From Bacteroidales bacterium (GTDB lineage: Bacteria > Bacteroidota > Bacteroidia > Bacteroidales > CAIWKO01), in contig DAOORA010000029.1 in assembly GCA_035389045.1 (NCBI GenBank), positions 1 through 49,250 on the forward strand: DNA of 49,250 bases, given 5' to 3'. The notes below the pieces were generated by a model. It did not search any database and was not told where the DNA came from. It saw only the letters and a list, made by a program, of their open reading frames with translations. Below are positions 21,001 through 30,712 of this stretch, piece by piece. Each line of letters opens with the position of its first letter. The first letter of the stretch is position 1. Made by a program: the position numbers and the translations under genes.

Positions 21001-23052
21001 TCGAATGCCTCCCATTCGTACAACTGGCGGGAAAGTTCATTTCAATATATTAATGGCAAGAGAGGCTGGGGACAGGCCCATTTTCACCAGTTTAAAAACG
21101 ATAGATATCAATATGTTTCTTATAATAAGCCTCAGCGCCGTTATGAATTTGTGAACGACATCAAATCATTGACCTGTCAGACGGGTTTTTACCCTTATAT
21201 TGCATGGCAGGATGAGTATTATAAGATCAATAATGTCATGAAGGATCAATGGGCTTACCTGGGCCCTTCCGGCAACGGTATGCTGATCGCGGTTCTTGAT
21301 TCCGTATCCGGAAATCCCTGGCTTAATTATAATATGCCTCAGCCCGAAACCGAAGCCATATGGGAGTTTTCCTGCAATACGGCCGCCCAGCGTGAAGCAT
21401 TGCGCAGTTTTATAGATGATTCCGTTCCCGATGGTAATTATATTCTGGGGTACAGCCACCGCAATCATAATGCTCAGAATTACAGCGAAACCTTGTACCA
21501 GAGCTTTGAATCCTTCGGCAGCGCAAATATCAGAACCTTGCCCAACAGCATCCCGTATATTATTTTCGGTGTCAAAGGTGGCGCTATCGGCACCGCACAC
21601 GAACTTCAGGGATCTTCTGTATATTCCATCATCAGGCTGGATGACAGCATTCCCACCCGGTGGAATGAAGGGCATATTGAATCCGAACTGATCGGGCCTG
21701 CCTCGGAATGGGGCTCCTTACACTGGCGAAAAAGAACATTTGAATCACTGAATACCGACAGTGCAAAACTTTTTGTCTTAGGCATAAAACCCAACGGACA
21801 AACGGATACCCTAATAAAAAACCTGCCGCCCGACTCGGCAGATATCTACAACCTGAGCAGCCGGATAAATGCTTCAGTGTATCCATACCTTAAACTGCTC
21901 GTTTTTATGCGCGATGATTCGCTGCATACCCCTGCCCAGATGCGGCGCTGGCAGGTATTGTACGAAGAAGTGCCGGAAACGGCATTAAATCCATCCCTTC
22001 ATTTTGCCTTTTACAACGACACGATCGCAGAAGGAGAAACTATCTTATTTTCTACAGCCACCCAAAACATCAGCGACTACGACATGGACAGCCTGCTCAT
22101 TAAATACTGGGTGGTGGATAAAAACATGGTGACACATCCGCTGGGTTCATTCAGGCACAGGCCTCATCCGTCGGGCGATATACTGATCGATACCATCACA
22201 TTCTCTACGGATAACCTTGATGGACTTAACAGCCTGTGGATTGAAGTTAATCCCGATTTTGACCAGATTGAACAAACACATTTTAATAATATTGGAGAGA
22301 TAAAATTTTTGGTTGACAAGGACAGGATCAATCCCCTGCTTGATGTGACTTTTGATGGTATTCATATCCTGGATGGTGATATCGTATCTTCAAAACCGGA
22401 AATTCAGATAAGCCTTAAAGATGAAAATAAATTTCTTGCCCTGAATGATACGGCTTGTTTCAGGGTATACTTGCAAAATCCGGGGAGTACAACCAAAACC
22501 AGGGTTTATTTCATTCAGAACGGGCAGGAGAAACTTCAGTTCTTTCCCGCTTCGCTGCCCGACAATAGCTGTAAGATCATTTATAACACTGAATTTTCGC
22601 AGGACGGTATTTACAAACTATTCGTCGAAGCACGGGATGTTTCGCATAACGAATCGGGAAGCAATGATTATTCCATTTCGTTTGAAGTCATTAATAAACC
22701 AGAGATCACCCATGTTATGAACTGGCCCAATCCGTTCAGCACCGCCACACATTTTGTCTTTACCCTTACCGGCTCAGAAATACCTACCTATTTCAAGATA
22801 CAGATCATGACGGTTACCGGAAAAGTCGTTCGTGAAATAGACCTTAATGAACTCGGACCGATCCATATCGGACGTAATATTACAGAATATGCCTGGAACG
22901 GCACCGATGAATTCGGCGACCGGCTTGCCAATGGAGTGTACCTCTACCGCGTGGTCACCCGGCTGAACGGTGAAAAAATTGAACTCAGGGAAACACAGGC
23001 CGATCAGTATTTTAAAAAAGAATTCGGCAAAATGTACCTGATAGGGAATTAA
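18085..23052 (+). CDS. C25 (gingipain-family) cysteine peptidase, PorU-like (PorU2-type) putative T9SS sortase
   Basis: YLIITH, LYDQFGYG, LFLIGK and GRLSA motifs; catalytic-like FFGHA and ANSCWAG; C-terminal NWPNPFS...WNGTDEFGDRLANGVYLYRV. Confidence 0.88.
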   Translation: MPMKKILPVIFIYVFLLLRPVFAQQYGNEWINYSQSYYKVYVHETGVYRINYNTLLNNGFPVGSVNPRNVQVFNKGVEQYVYIHGENDNIFNAGDYIEFYAEKNDGELDTPLYINPEGQANPAYSLFSDSSVYFITWNSSFSNRRMQVDNDVNFSAYTPVPYILRTSRQDYTTKYFAGETNAAGITDPEYTANEGWFDTEFNLGQTKTKNILTANKYLNGPDATVEFCVLGQSNFYAASPDHHLRVNFAGISFDTIFEGYKVLKFTYSVPVSEIGSNTTPFVFNTINDLGVNSDRNTVAYIQVKYPHTLNLEGNTTFAFSANDGIQSKSLFNFTNFNVSAGDTARLYDVTNHRRIRVVYDGTSFKCLLENSGSEKYCYLTSGNSVKNINRIYPVADNAKFINYLTIANTEFTDYLIITHPLLWDEAENYKNYRNTTGYQAMTVNVEHLYDQFGYGVLKSPVGIRNFVRYACNYFTIKPKDLFLIGKAYRAASDGSLPQYRTDVNHNNLTLVPSLGYPPSDILFSKGISDSLYAPAIGTGRLSARTPYDVSLYLNKIIQFEQAQAHPQPWMKNILHFGGGSSVQEQFQLATYLNHYEQTIEAPFFGGEVKTFLKTTSDPMQINQSDSLKNIINNGVTIMTFFGHAASVGFDVSVDVPSEYQNYGKYPFILANSCWAGDIFLDANSSSEEFILIENKGAIGYLASISLGMPWALDVYSDELYHQISYKSYGKPIGDIIKKTIDSLQTPDLIKKETFLTMVFHGDPAIILNSFAKPDYEITPQYVYFSPNEITSDIDSFNIHIVATNIAKAIDDSIIVQTTRTFPNGVSNTIYYNKIKAPLFKDTVTIRFPVDIVNGLGVNKFRIFLDCYQEIDEISETNNITEVQLMIKSSDIIPVYPYKYAVIPALPVTLKASTCDAFTNAYDYEFQLDTSDAFSSPVKQTFHINHSGGVVTWTPSFPISTDSIVYFWRVSIDSNASHSYNWRESSFQYINGKRGWGQAHFHQFKNDRYQYVSYNKPQRRYEFVNDIKSLTCQTGFYPYIAWQDEYYKINNVMKDQWAYLGPSGNGMLIAVLDSVSGNPWLNYNMPQPETEAIWEFSCNTAAQREALRSFIDDSVPDGNYILGYSHRNHNAQNYSETLYQSFESFGSANIRTLPNSIPYIIFGVKGGAIGTAHELQGSSVYSIIRLDDSIPTRWNEGHIESELIGPASEWGSLHWRKRTFESLNTDSAKLFVLGIKPNGQTDTLIKNLPPDSADIYNLSSRINASVYPYLKLLVFMRDDSLHTPAQMRRWQVLYEEVPETALNPSLHFAFYNDTIAEGETILFSTATQNISDYDMDSLLIKYWVVDKNMVTHPLGSFRHRPHPSGDILIDTITFSTDNLDGLNSLWIEVNPDFDQIEQTHFNNIGEIKFLVDKDRINPLLDVTFDGIHILDGDIVSSKPEIQISLKDENKFLALNDTACFRVYLQNPGSTTKTRVYFIQNGQEKLQFFPASLPDNSCKIIYNTEFSQDGIYKLFVEARDVSHNESGSNDYSISFEVINKPEITHVMNWPNPFSTATHFVFTLTGSEIPTYFKIQIMTVTGKVVREIDLNELGPIHIGRNITEYAWNGTDEFGDRLANGVYLYRVVTRLNGEKIELRETQADQYFKKEFGKMYLIGN

Positions 23053-23067
23053 TAATCAAACTGTTAA

Positions 23068-23676
23068 ATGCCGCGCGGGATTATCTATCAGAACATCTGT
23101 TTTTACAGGATCGCAATGAATGTTTTGTATGGTTTCGCATACCGCAAAAGATTCCGCATGGTTAATCGATATATTCAGGGCGATAAAGTTATCGAATTGT
23201 GTTTCGGCGATTTGCTGATAGCCCGGTATTGCCGGCAAAAAAAGTTCTCCTGGACCGGATACGACCTGAATGAAAAGTTTGTTGGCAGGGCGCAAAGAAA
23301 TAAATTCAACGCGGTATGCTGCGACCTCAGTCAGACTGCATCATTGCCTGATGCGGACATCACAGTCATCATGGGCTCATTATACCATTTTAAAGAAGAT
23401 CCTGAACACTTATTTAACCTGATGTTTCGCTCAGCAAAAAGAGTCATCATCTCAGAACCCGTAAAAAATCTTTCTTCGAGAAAGGATGGTATCGGAAAGT
23501 TAGCAGCAATGCTGTCAGACACAGGCCGAGGCGCTGAGAAATCCCGTTATGACAAACAGGAACTTCTGTCTTCAGCCGAAGATCTCTGTAAAAAGTTTAA
23601 TTTTACAGTGTCTGAAGAAAAAATTTTTAAGAAAGACCTGATAATAGTTTTTGATAAATGTCAAACCCGCAATTAA
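23068..23676 (+). CDS. Class I SAM-dependent methyltransferase
   Basis: VIELCFGD motif I variant, WTGYDLN, SLYHF, ISEP. Confidence 0.75.
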   Translation: MPRGIIYQNICFYRIAMNVLYGFAYRKRFRMVNRYIQGDKVIELCFGDLLIARYCRQKKFSWTGYDLNEKFVGRAQRNKFNAVCCDLSQTASLPDADITVIMGSLYHFKEDPEHLFNLMFRSAKRVIISEPVKNLSSRKDGIGKLAAMLSDTGRGAEKSRYDKQELLSSAEDLCKKFNFTVSEEKIFKKDLIIVFDKCQTRN

Positions 23677-24590
23677 GCATTGTTGTTCCGGTATTTAACA
23701 GCAGTAGCATACTGCCCGGCCTGTATCGCCGTATCAGCGACTCGCTTCATGCCATTTCACACGAAGTGATTTTAGTCAATGATGGAAGCGCTGACAGCAG
23801 TTGGGAAACTATTGAAACACTGGCCGCAGACAACAGGAACATCCTTGCTGTTGACCTGGTGAAGAATTCAGGACAGGATAATGCAATACTTGCCGGTCTG
23901 CGGCAGGTGAGCGGTAATTTTGTCGTTATCATTGATGATGACCTGCAACATGCTCCGGAAGATATTCCGGCACTTTATGAAAAATGCCTTGGCGGTTACG
24001 ATGCAGTATATGGTGTTTATGACAATCCCAGGCATAATGTCCTGAAAAAAGCCGGCAGCAGATTCAACGGCGCCGTGGCACGGTGGCTGCTGAACAAACC
24101 AAAAAACCTCTATCTTTCGCCTTTTAAGATCATCCGGCGCAACATCGTTGACGAAATTGCTCGTTTTTGCGGCCCGTATCCTTACATTGACGGAATATTG
24201 CTAACCATAACCGGCAATATCTCCCATGTGAAAGTTGAACACTATCAGCGTCTTGCCGGAAAGGGCAATTATAACTTCTACCGTTCGGTTTCTGTTTTTT
24301 TTCGCTTATTCTCAGGTTTTTCAGTGGCGCCATTGCGCATTATGACGCTGGCTGGTTTAATAATAATGTTAATAGGTGCAGGGCTTATACTGTACTACCT
24401 TTATGAACATTTTATCCTGAAAGACATCGTTGAAGGATGGACGACTATTGTAGTGCTTATTATTTTTTTCGGGGGGATCACCATTATGCTGCTCGGCCTT
24501 ATCGGTGAATACCTCGGAAGGATTTACCTTACATTGAACAATAAGCCACAGTACACTATAAAAAAGATCATTAAAAATTCTGATGATTAA
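23658..24590 (+). CDS. GT2 polyprenyl-phosphate glycosyltransferase (GtrB/ArnC-like)
   Basis: SIVVPVFN, VNDGSAD and IDDDLQH motifs; two C-terminal TMs with GLIGEYLGRIY. Confidence 0.92.
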   Translation: MSNPQLSIVVPVFNSSSILPGLYRRISDSLHAISHEVILVNDGSADSSWETIETLAADNRNILAVDLVKNSGQDNAILAGLRQVSGNFVVIIDDDLQHAPEDIPALYEKCLGGYDAVYGVYDNPRHNVLKKAGSRFNGAVARWLLNKPKNLYLSPFKIIRRNIVDEIARFCGPYPYIDGILLTITGNISHVKVEHYQRLAGKGNYNFYRSVSVFFRLFSGFSVAPLRIMTLAGLIIMLIGAGLILYYLYEHFILKDIVEGWTTIVVLIIFFGGITIMLLGLIGEYLGRIYLTLNNKPQYTIKKIIKNSDD

Positions 24591-26022
24591 TTTTCTGAAC
24601 CGTAATTTTTTTATTGATCCGAAAAAAACATTTCTTTTTTTCTCCGGTATTGCTGTTATAATAATACTTTGCTCTTTGAATATCCCCTTCTTCTGGGATA
24701 ATGTTGTTACAGGCGAATACCTCTTGCATTATTTCGACACTTCTTTTATGGATTTCATTCCGCCTACGGTAAGTGATTTCGGGGCGCTGACATTGAATTC
24801 TTATTATTTGGCTCTTTTTTGTGCGCTTTTCGGCAAATCGCTTTTAGTATGCCATCTGGCCATGATACCTATTGTGGTGGGCATATTTTGGGAAACTAAA
24901 AATATTTCGCTGAAATGTATCAGACCGTCCTGTTTATTCCTGGTTTATTTGTTTTTATTGTTCGACCCGGCATTTATAACTCAAACCCTGTTAATGGGTT
25001 ATGATCTCTTTCTGTTATATTTCGTTTTGCTGGCAATACGGACATTGCTGGAAAAAAAATATTCTATTTATTCGATCAGCCTGCTGATGCTGACAACCCT
25101 TTCTTTCCGTGCCATGTTTTTTATTTTCAGCCTGTTCATTATACACGCGTTCATGGTTTTTTTTCATGAAAAATCAAGGCTAAAAATAACAGATGTTCTG
25201 GTATATGTTCCAGCCATACTTTTCCTGATTTTCTGGTGTGTCTTCCATTATATTAAAACGGGTTGGGTAATAATTAATCCGATGAACACCGTACACCTGA
25301 GTACAAATGATTTGCAGATGGTTTTCAGACAGTTAATATATATATTATGGAAAATAACCGACTCGGGCAGAATAGTCCTGTGGCTATTTTGTATAATTTG
25401 TTTCTTTATATTTTATACCAAAAACATAGCGGAAAACGGACTAAAAAAAATGTCATCATTCCTGATCGTTCCGCTGGCCATTAACAGCATCATAATGATA
25501 TTTCTTTCTAATCCCATTGGGCATAAATATTTTTTACAAACTTTCGTTTTTTTGACGATCATCACGGTATATTTTATCCAGAATATTGCCTCAGGGAAAA
25601 TGAAAATATTGATTTCAACGGCATGTTTGCTCTTGTTATTTGCCGGAAATTTTATTGTTTATCCGCAGAAATATGGTAATGCATGGGAAACATCCTTAAA
25701 AGTTCTTCCTTATTTTTCCCTTGAAAAAGAATTGAAAAACTACATTATTGAAAAGAATATTAATCCGGAGAATGTATACACGTATTATCCGATCACCAAT
25801 AATTATAAATATACTTATTTGCAGGAAAATTTTGCTTTTGCTCATGCTGACAATGCAGAGCCGGACACATGTCCGTATTTTATTGTATCCAATATTTATA
25901 ATATCAAAAATCCCGGGGAAGCAGAAAAGGTCACCAAAGGCTGGCTGCTGCTGAAACACTTTTGCAAAGGGCAGATTTATATGACCCTCTGGCAAAACCC
26001 TTCCGCCGGTGTTCATGAATAA
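24583..26022 (+). CDS. Polytopic membrane protein, probable GT-C glycosyltransferase (ArnT/PMT-like)
   Basis: Many TM segments; PFFWD after the first TM; overlaps the GT2 gene. Confidence 0.65.
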   Translation: MINFLNRNFFIDPKKTFLFFSGIAVIIILCSLNIPFFWDNVVTGEYLLHYFDTSFMDFIPPTVSDFGALTLNSYYLALFCALFGKSLLVCHLAMIPIVVGIFWETKNISLKCIRPSCLFLVYLFLLFDPAFITQTLLMGYDLFLLYFVLLAIRTLLEKKYSIYSISLLMLTTLSFRAMFFIFSLFIIHAFMVFFHEKSRLKITDVLVYVPAILFLIFWCVFHYIKTGWVIINPMNTVHLSTNDLQMVFRQLIYILWKITDSGRIVLWLFCIICFFIFYTKNIAENGLKKMSSFLIVPLAINSIIMIFLSNPIGHKYFLQTFVFLTIITVYFIQNIASGKMKILISTACLLLLFAGNFIVYPQKYGNAWETSLKVLPYFSLEKELKNYIIEKNINPENVYTYYPITNNYKYTYLQENFAFAHADNAEPDTCPYFIVSNIYNIKNPGEAEKVTKGWLLLKHFCKGQIYMTLWQNPSAGVHE

Positions 26023-26056
26023 TTATTATTTTTGTTCCCCGTACTCAAAATAGGCG

Positions 26057-27703
26057 ATGAAAAAAAGATATTTACTCCTCTTTGCGGTGTTAAGCGGAAT
26101 TCTTCTTTCGCTGGCCTGGCCTGCCAGAGGATTCCCTTTTTTGTTATTCATTGCATTTGTGCCTTTGCTTTACATAGAAGATTTTATTGCCAAAAACAAG
26201 CATAACTTCGTCAAGTCCAGCGTGTTCTTTTATTCATATATTGCTTTTTTTGTCTGGAACTTTTTAACCACCTGGTGGATCTATTATTCCACGCTTTTCG
26301 GGGCTGCCATGGCTATAATTCTGAATTCAATGTTCATGGCGCTAGTCTTTTTTATTTATCATTTGACCCGCCGTACCGTGTTCAAATCCCGCGGAGGTTA
26401 TTTTGTACTGGTTTTTTTCTGGATCACCTTTGAACTGTTACACCTCGACTGGGACCTGTCATGGTCGTGGCTGAACCTGGGCAACGGATTTGCCGCATAT
26501 CCACGGTTTGTTCAATGGTACGAGTACACTGGCGTTTTCGGTGGCGATGTATGGATACTCCTGGTCAACATTATTTTTTATAAATTACTGTTGAGCGGTT
26601 TTGGCAAGTACAGGTCGCGAAAAAATATGTATCTCTACGGCACCTCCGTTGTTCTTTTGTCGATCATTCCCATTGCGGTTTCGCTTACCATGTATTTTTC
26701 GTACAACGAAAAAGAAAATCCTTACAACTGCGTCGTGGTGCAGCCCAATATTGACCCGTACAATGAAAAATTTGACGGGATGCCCATTCAGAAACAATTA
26801 GACAGGATCCTTGATCTGGCCAAACAAAAAATCGACGAAAACACCGATTTTCTGGTATGCCCCGAAACTGCCATACCGGAATATATTAATGAGAATGAAA
26901 TTAATGAGTATGAAAGTATCGACAGTCTTAAGAGCCTGATAAAAAAGTTTCCGGACCTGAAGATCGTCATAGGGATTTCATCTTTCAAAATTTTTACCGC
27001 AAACGAGAAGATATCACCCACAGCCCGGTATTCCAGCCACGGCAACTATTATTACGATGTGTGCAATACGGCTTTGTACCTTGATTCGTTCATGACGCCG
27101 CAACTTTATCACAAATCCAAACTGGTACCTGGAGTCGAAATGATGCCTTTTCCCAGGTTGCTCAAACCACTCGAGGATTTTGCCATTGACCTTGGTGGTA
27201 TGACCGGTAGCAATGCCACCCAGGAGGAACGTACGGTCTTCGGGGCGCCCGGCAGCCCTGCCAAAGTTGCCCCCGTGATTTGCTATGAATCAATCTACGG
27301 AGATTTTATTACAGAATATATCCGTAATGGCGCAAATCTGATTTTTATCATTACAAACGACGGATGGTGGGAGAATACAGCAGGACACCGCCAGCATTTT
27401 CAGTATGCCAGGCTGAGAGCTGTCGAAACGCGCAGGAGCATTGCCCGTTCTGCTAATACAGGTATCTCTGCCTTTATTAATCAGCGCGGCGATGTTTTTA
27501 TGCCTACAAAATACTGGACACCCGACGTTATAACGATGCAGATCAAGGCCAACAACCGTCTGACCTTTTATGCCCGTTTCGGCGATTATATAGGGCATAT
27601 TTCCAAATACATCTCCCTGCTGTTCATTCTGATCTTTTTTATGACAATGCTGCTTAACAAACGCAAACGAATAAAAATCAAAAAGACAAAAACTCAGGGA
27701 TGA
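26057..27703 (+). CDS. lnt: Apolipoprotein N-acyltransferase
   Basis: VQPNID, CPETA (Glu), KSKLVP (Lys), ICYES (Cys), TNDGWW and RSANTGIS motifs. Confidence 0.95.
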   Translation: MKKRYLLLFAVLSGILLSLAWPARGFPFLLFIAFVPLLYIEDFIAKNKHNFVKSSVFFYSYIAFFVWNFLTTWWIYYSTLFGAAMAIILNSMFMALVFFIYHLTRRTVFKSRGGYFVLVFFWITFELLHLDWDLSWSWLNLGNGFAAYPRFVQWYEYTGVFGGDVWILLVNIIFYKLLLSGFGKYRSRKNMYLYGTSVVLLSIIPIAVSLTMYFSYNEKENPYNCVVVQPNIDPYNEKFDGMPIQKQLDRILDLAKQKIDENTDFLVCPETAIPEYINENEINEYESIDSLKSLIKKFPDLKIVIGISSFKIFTANEKISPTARYSSHGNYYYDVCNTALYLDSFMTPQLYHKSKLVPGVEMMPFPRLLKPLEDFAIDLGGMTGSNATQEERTVFGAPGSPAKVAPVICYESIYGDFITEYIRNGANLIFIITNDGWWENTAGHRQHFQYARLRAVETRRSIARSANTGISAFINQRGDVFMPTKYWTPDVITMQIKANNRLTFYARFGDYIGHISKYISLLFILIFFMTMLLNKRKRIKIKKTKTQG

Positions 27704-28167
27704 TGGTATTTCTCTTTTCTGATGATGGTAAAGGCACGATATAATTGTTCTATAAAGATCAACCGAACCAACTGATGCGGAAAAGTCATCTTCGATAAGG
27801 AAATACTGTGAGCAGACATTTTTCTGATATCCTCCGAAAATCCATAAGCGCCCCCGGTCACAAACATCATGTTTTTAACCCCGGTCTGGAATTTGTGTTC
27901 CACGAATCCGGCCAGACTTTCCGAAGTCAATTCCTTTCCATGTTCATCAAGTATGACCACGCAATCAGACTTTTCCAGATACTTCTTCAGGTTTTCAGAA
28001 TCCTTCAGCTTGTATTGCTCCACGCTAAGGCTTCTGATGTTTTTTATATCCGGCACTTCAATCAGTTCAAATTTCGTATAATGGATAATCCGTTTGATGT
28101 ATTCATCCATCAGATTCCTAACAGACAGACTTTCGGTTTTGCCGGTCAACAGTAATGTGATTTTCAT
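27694..28167 (-). CDS. rlmH: 23S rRNA (pseudouridine1915-N3)-methyltransferase
   Basis: MKITLL, LDEHGK, GGAYG and MTFPHQLVRLIFIEQLYRA...YH motifs; true start ATG 28167, with TATTTTTG (minus strand) at 28184-28191. Confidence 0.95.
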   Translation of the reverse strand: MKITLLLTGKTESLSVRNLMDEYIKRIIHYTKFELIEVPDIKNIRSLSVEQYKLKDSENLKKYLEKSDCVVILDEHGKELTSESLAGFVEHKFQTGVKNMMFVTGGAYGFSEDIRKMSAHSISLSKMTFPHQLVRLIFIEQLYRAFTIIRKEKYHHP

Positions 28168-28302
28168 TTGATTAAATAAAACACAAAAATATATAAGCCT
28201 GATAATTTTAAGCCACTTTGTGAAAATTTTTATCTTTGTACCGAATTTTCTCTTCCGAACATGGCTTGGTTTTTGTAATAACAATTATCAAAATAATCCG
28301 TA

Positions 28303-28737
28303 ATGAAATATTTTTTTATCATAGTAGTTTGTAGTCTGTTTACTTTACGGACTTTTGCTGGCACAACAGGTACTCCGGGATACGGAGACACAACAATTGC
28401 CATTATCCAGGAAGATATAACCACCAGTATTGCGGCAGCTATCAAGGACGGCGATTCAAAAAAACTGGCCTCCTATTTCAATTCCAGCATCGATCTTACT
28501 GTTCCGGGAACTGAAGGAACATACAGCAAGTCACAGGCCGAGATGATCGTTAAAGATTTTTTTACCAAATTTCCTCCTGTTACTTTTAAGATAAACCAGC
28601 AGGGCTCATCCACCGAAGGCTCGCAGTTTGCTGTTGGCATATTGGCAACAAAATCAGGTGTTTTCAGGACGTATTTTCTTATTAAGAAAGTAAATAACCT
28701 GCCGCTCATTCATCAGCTACAATTCGAAGAAGAATAG
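28303..28737 (+). CDS. DUF4783-like exported protein
   Basis: AIKDGDSKKLASYF, YSKSQAEMIVKDFF and G.L.T..G.FR motifs; sits between rlmH and nadC; TATCTTTG at 28231-28238. Confidence 0.8.
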   Translation: MKYFFIIVVCSLFTLRTFAGTTGTPGYGDTTIAIIQEDITTSIAAAIKDGDSKKLASYFNSSIDLTVPGTEGTYSKSQAEMIVKDFFTKFPPVTFKINQQGSSTEGSQFAVGILATKSGVFRTYFLIKKVNNLPLIHQLQFEEE

Positions 28738-28806
28738 TTTTTGTTCAATTATTTGAAAATCTGCACTGAATTTTTGTAATTTAGCTGAAACGCTTATTTT
28801 CAAATA

Positions 28807-29643
28807 ATGGATAATACTTTGCATTTGATACAACAGGCCATTGCTGAAGATTTAGGTGATGGCGACCACACCTCCCTGGCAACTATTCCTGAAGACGCCA
28901 GAGGAAAAATGAAATTGCTGGTCAAAGAAGACGGAATAATTGCCGGCGAGGAAATTGCCAGGCTGGTGTTTCAGAAAATAGATCCTGAAATCAGCATAGA
29001 AGTTTTGATACCGGATGGATCCCCCATAAAAAGGGGGGATATAGTTTTTTATGTTTCCGGCTCTTGCCGTTCGATGCTGACTGCCGAACGTACCATGCTG
29101 AATTATTTGCAGCGCATGAGCGGAATTGCTACGGCAACACATTCGTATACCCGGTTGCTGGAGGGCACCAAAGCAAGGTTGCTAGATACCCGCAAAACTA
29201 CACCCAATATGCGGGTTTTTGAAAAAATGGCGGTCGTCATCGGTGGCGGGATGAACCATCGTATGGGGCTCTATGATATGGTGATGATAAAAGACAACCA
29301 TGTGGATTTTGCAGGAGGCATTAAACAGGCTATCGAAGCCGAACATGCTTATCTGGCCCGGATGGGTAAAAAACTTAAAATTGAAATCGAAGTACGTAAC
29401 GTTGATGAACTCAGGCAGGTTCTGGATGTGGGTGGTGTGGATCGTATCATGCTGGACAACTTTTCGCCCCGCGACCTGAAAAATGCTGTGGAGATCATAG
29501 ATGGTAAATTTGAAACAGAAGCTTCGGGCGGTATTAATCATGAAAACATACGGGAATATGCTCTAACAGGGGTTGATTTTATATCTGTCGGAGCTATTAC
29601 GCATCATATAAGCAGTCTTGACCTGAGCCTCAAAGCCATGTGA
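28807..29643 (+). CDS. nadC: Nicotinate-nucleotide diphosphorylase (carboxylating)
   Basis: ERTMLN, DTRKTTP, IKDNH, IMLDNF and EASGGI motifs. Confidence 0.97.
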   Translation: MDNTLHLIQQAIAEDLGDGDHTSLATIPEDARGKMKLLVKEDGIIAGEEIARLVFQKIDPEISIEVLIPDGSPIKRGDIVFYVSGSCRSMLTAERTMLNYLQRMSGIATATHSYTRLLEGTKARLLDTRKTTPNMRVFEKMAVVIGGGMNHRMGLYDMVMIKDNHVDFAGGIKQAIEAEHAYLARMGKKLKIEIEVRNVDELRQVLDVGGVDRIMLDNFSPRDLKNAVEIIDGKFETEASGGINHENIREYALTGVDFISVGAITHHISSLDLSLKAM

Positions 29644-30656
29644 TGAAAAAAAAATTCAATATAGTATCCAAAATAAAATCCACCCGAACCTTTCGTTTAA
29701 TAAGGCTTGCCACAAAGAAAATATCGCTCCCCGGTTTTGATGACATGCCGCTTTATGATGTTGTTGTATTTTTTGTCAGAGGATTGTCTGATGGCGCAAT
29801 CACTACCAGGGCCAGTTCGGTAGCTTATAAATTCTTTATTGCCATGTTTCCGGCCATCATTTTTTTATTTACGCTTATCCCCTATTTGCCGATCGCAAAT
29901 TTTCAGAACACATTGCTCGAAACCATCAGGACGGCCTTGCCAGTGAATGTCAATGCCATGATCAACGAAACCATTACCGATATCATCGCCAGACAGCATG
30001 GAGGCCTGCTTTCACTGGGATTTATCCTGGCATTATATTTTTCATCTAACGGTATTCTTGGGCTTATTACGGCATTTAATGCTACGGCTCACCAGATCGA
30101 AACACGCAAATGGTGGCAGCAATATGCGGTTTCTATACTGTTAATGATCATCCTGACACTGATTGTTATTCTTTCCATTACAATGATCATGCTGGGTACC
30201 AGCGGATTGAATTACCTGATCTCAGCGCATATTATTGAAGAAAGTGTTCTCCTTTTTATTATCAGAATTTCTAAATGGATCACCATTGTTCTTATGATTT
30301 TTTTTGGGGTATCTTTTTTGTATTATCTGGGGCCTGTAAAAAGGAAGGAGTTTCGCTTTATCTCGGCAGGTTCTACGCTGGCCACACTTTTGTTTATTGC
30401 CTCTACACTGGGATTTAAATATTATGTGGATAATTTTGCAAGTTATAACGCTGTTTACGGATCTATAGGTACCGTGATCGTGATTTTAATGTGGCTATAT
30501 TTTAATTCGCTTGCCCTTCTTATGGGCTTTGAGCTAAATGCCAGCATTTTAGAAGCAAAAAAAACAAAATCAGTGGTTGCTGTTGTGTCCAAAAAAACAA
30601 AAAAAAAGTACGCTGCAGCAGCAAAAAAAGCCTCAAAGAATATAGATAAAACATAG
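29640..30656 (+). CDS. yihY: YihY/virulence factor BrkB family membrane protein
   Basis: ASSVAYKFFIAMFP and YNAVYGSIG..I.ILMWLY...GFELNA motifs. Confidence 0.9.
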   Translation: MMKKKFNIVSKIKSTRTFRLIRLATKKISLPGFDDMPLYDVVVFFVRGLSDGAITTRASSVAYKFFIAMFPAIIFLFTLIPYLPIANFQNTLLETIRTALPVNVNAMINETITDIIARQHGGLLSLGFILALYFSSNGILGLITAFNATAHQIETRKWWQQYAVSILLMIILTLIVILSITMIMLGTSGLNYLISAHIIEESVLLFIIRISKWITIVLMIFFGVSFLYYLGPVKRKEFRFISAGSTLATLLFIASTLGFKYYVDNFASYNAVYGSIGTVIVILMWLYFNSLALLMGFELNASILEAKKTKSVVAVVSKKTKKKYAAAAKKASKNIDKT

Positions 30657-30712
30657 CTGTATTATTAAAAATAAGTGCATTTTTGTGCTTTTAAACCCGG
30701 CCATCACATATT

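Noticed and set aside
27694..27703. 10-bp convergent overlap of lnt and rlmH
   Set aside because: Short 3' overlaps of convergent genes are common; nothing suggests a special function.
28168..28284. N-terminal extension of RlmH in the ORF track (likewise YicC 33918-33983 and the MACPF-like ORF 48858-48995)
   Set aside because: Family-typical or signal-peptide starts lie downstream, and the extensions run over promoter motifs or a hairpin site.
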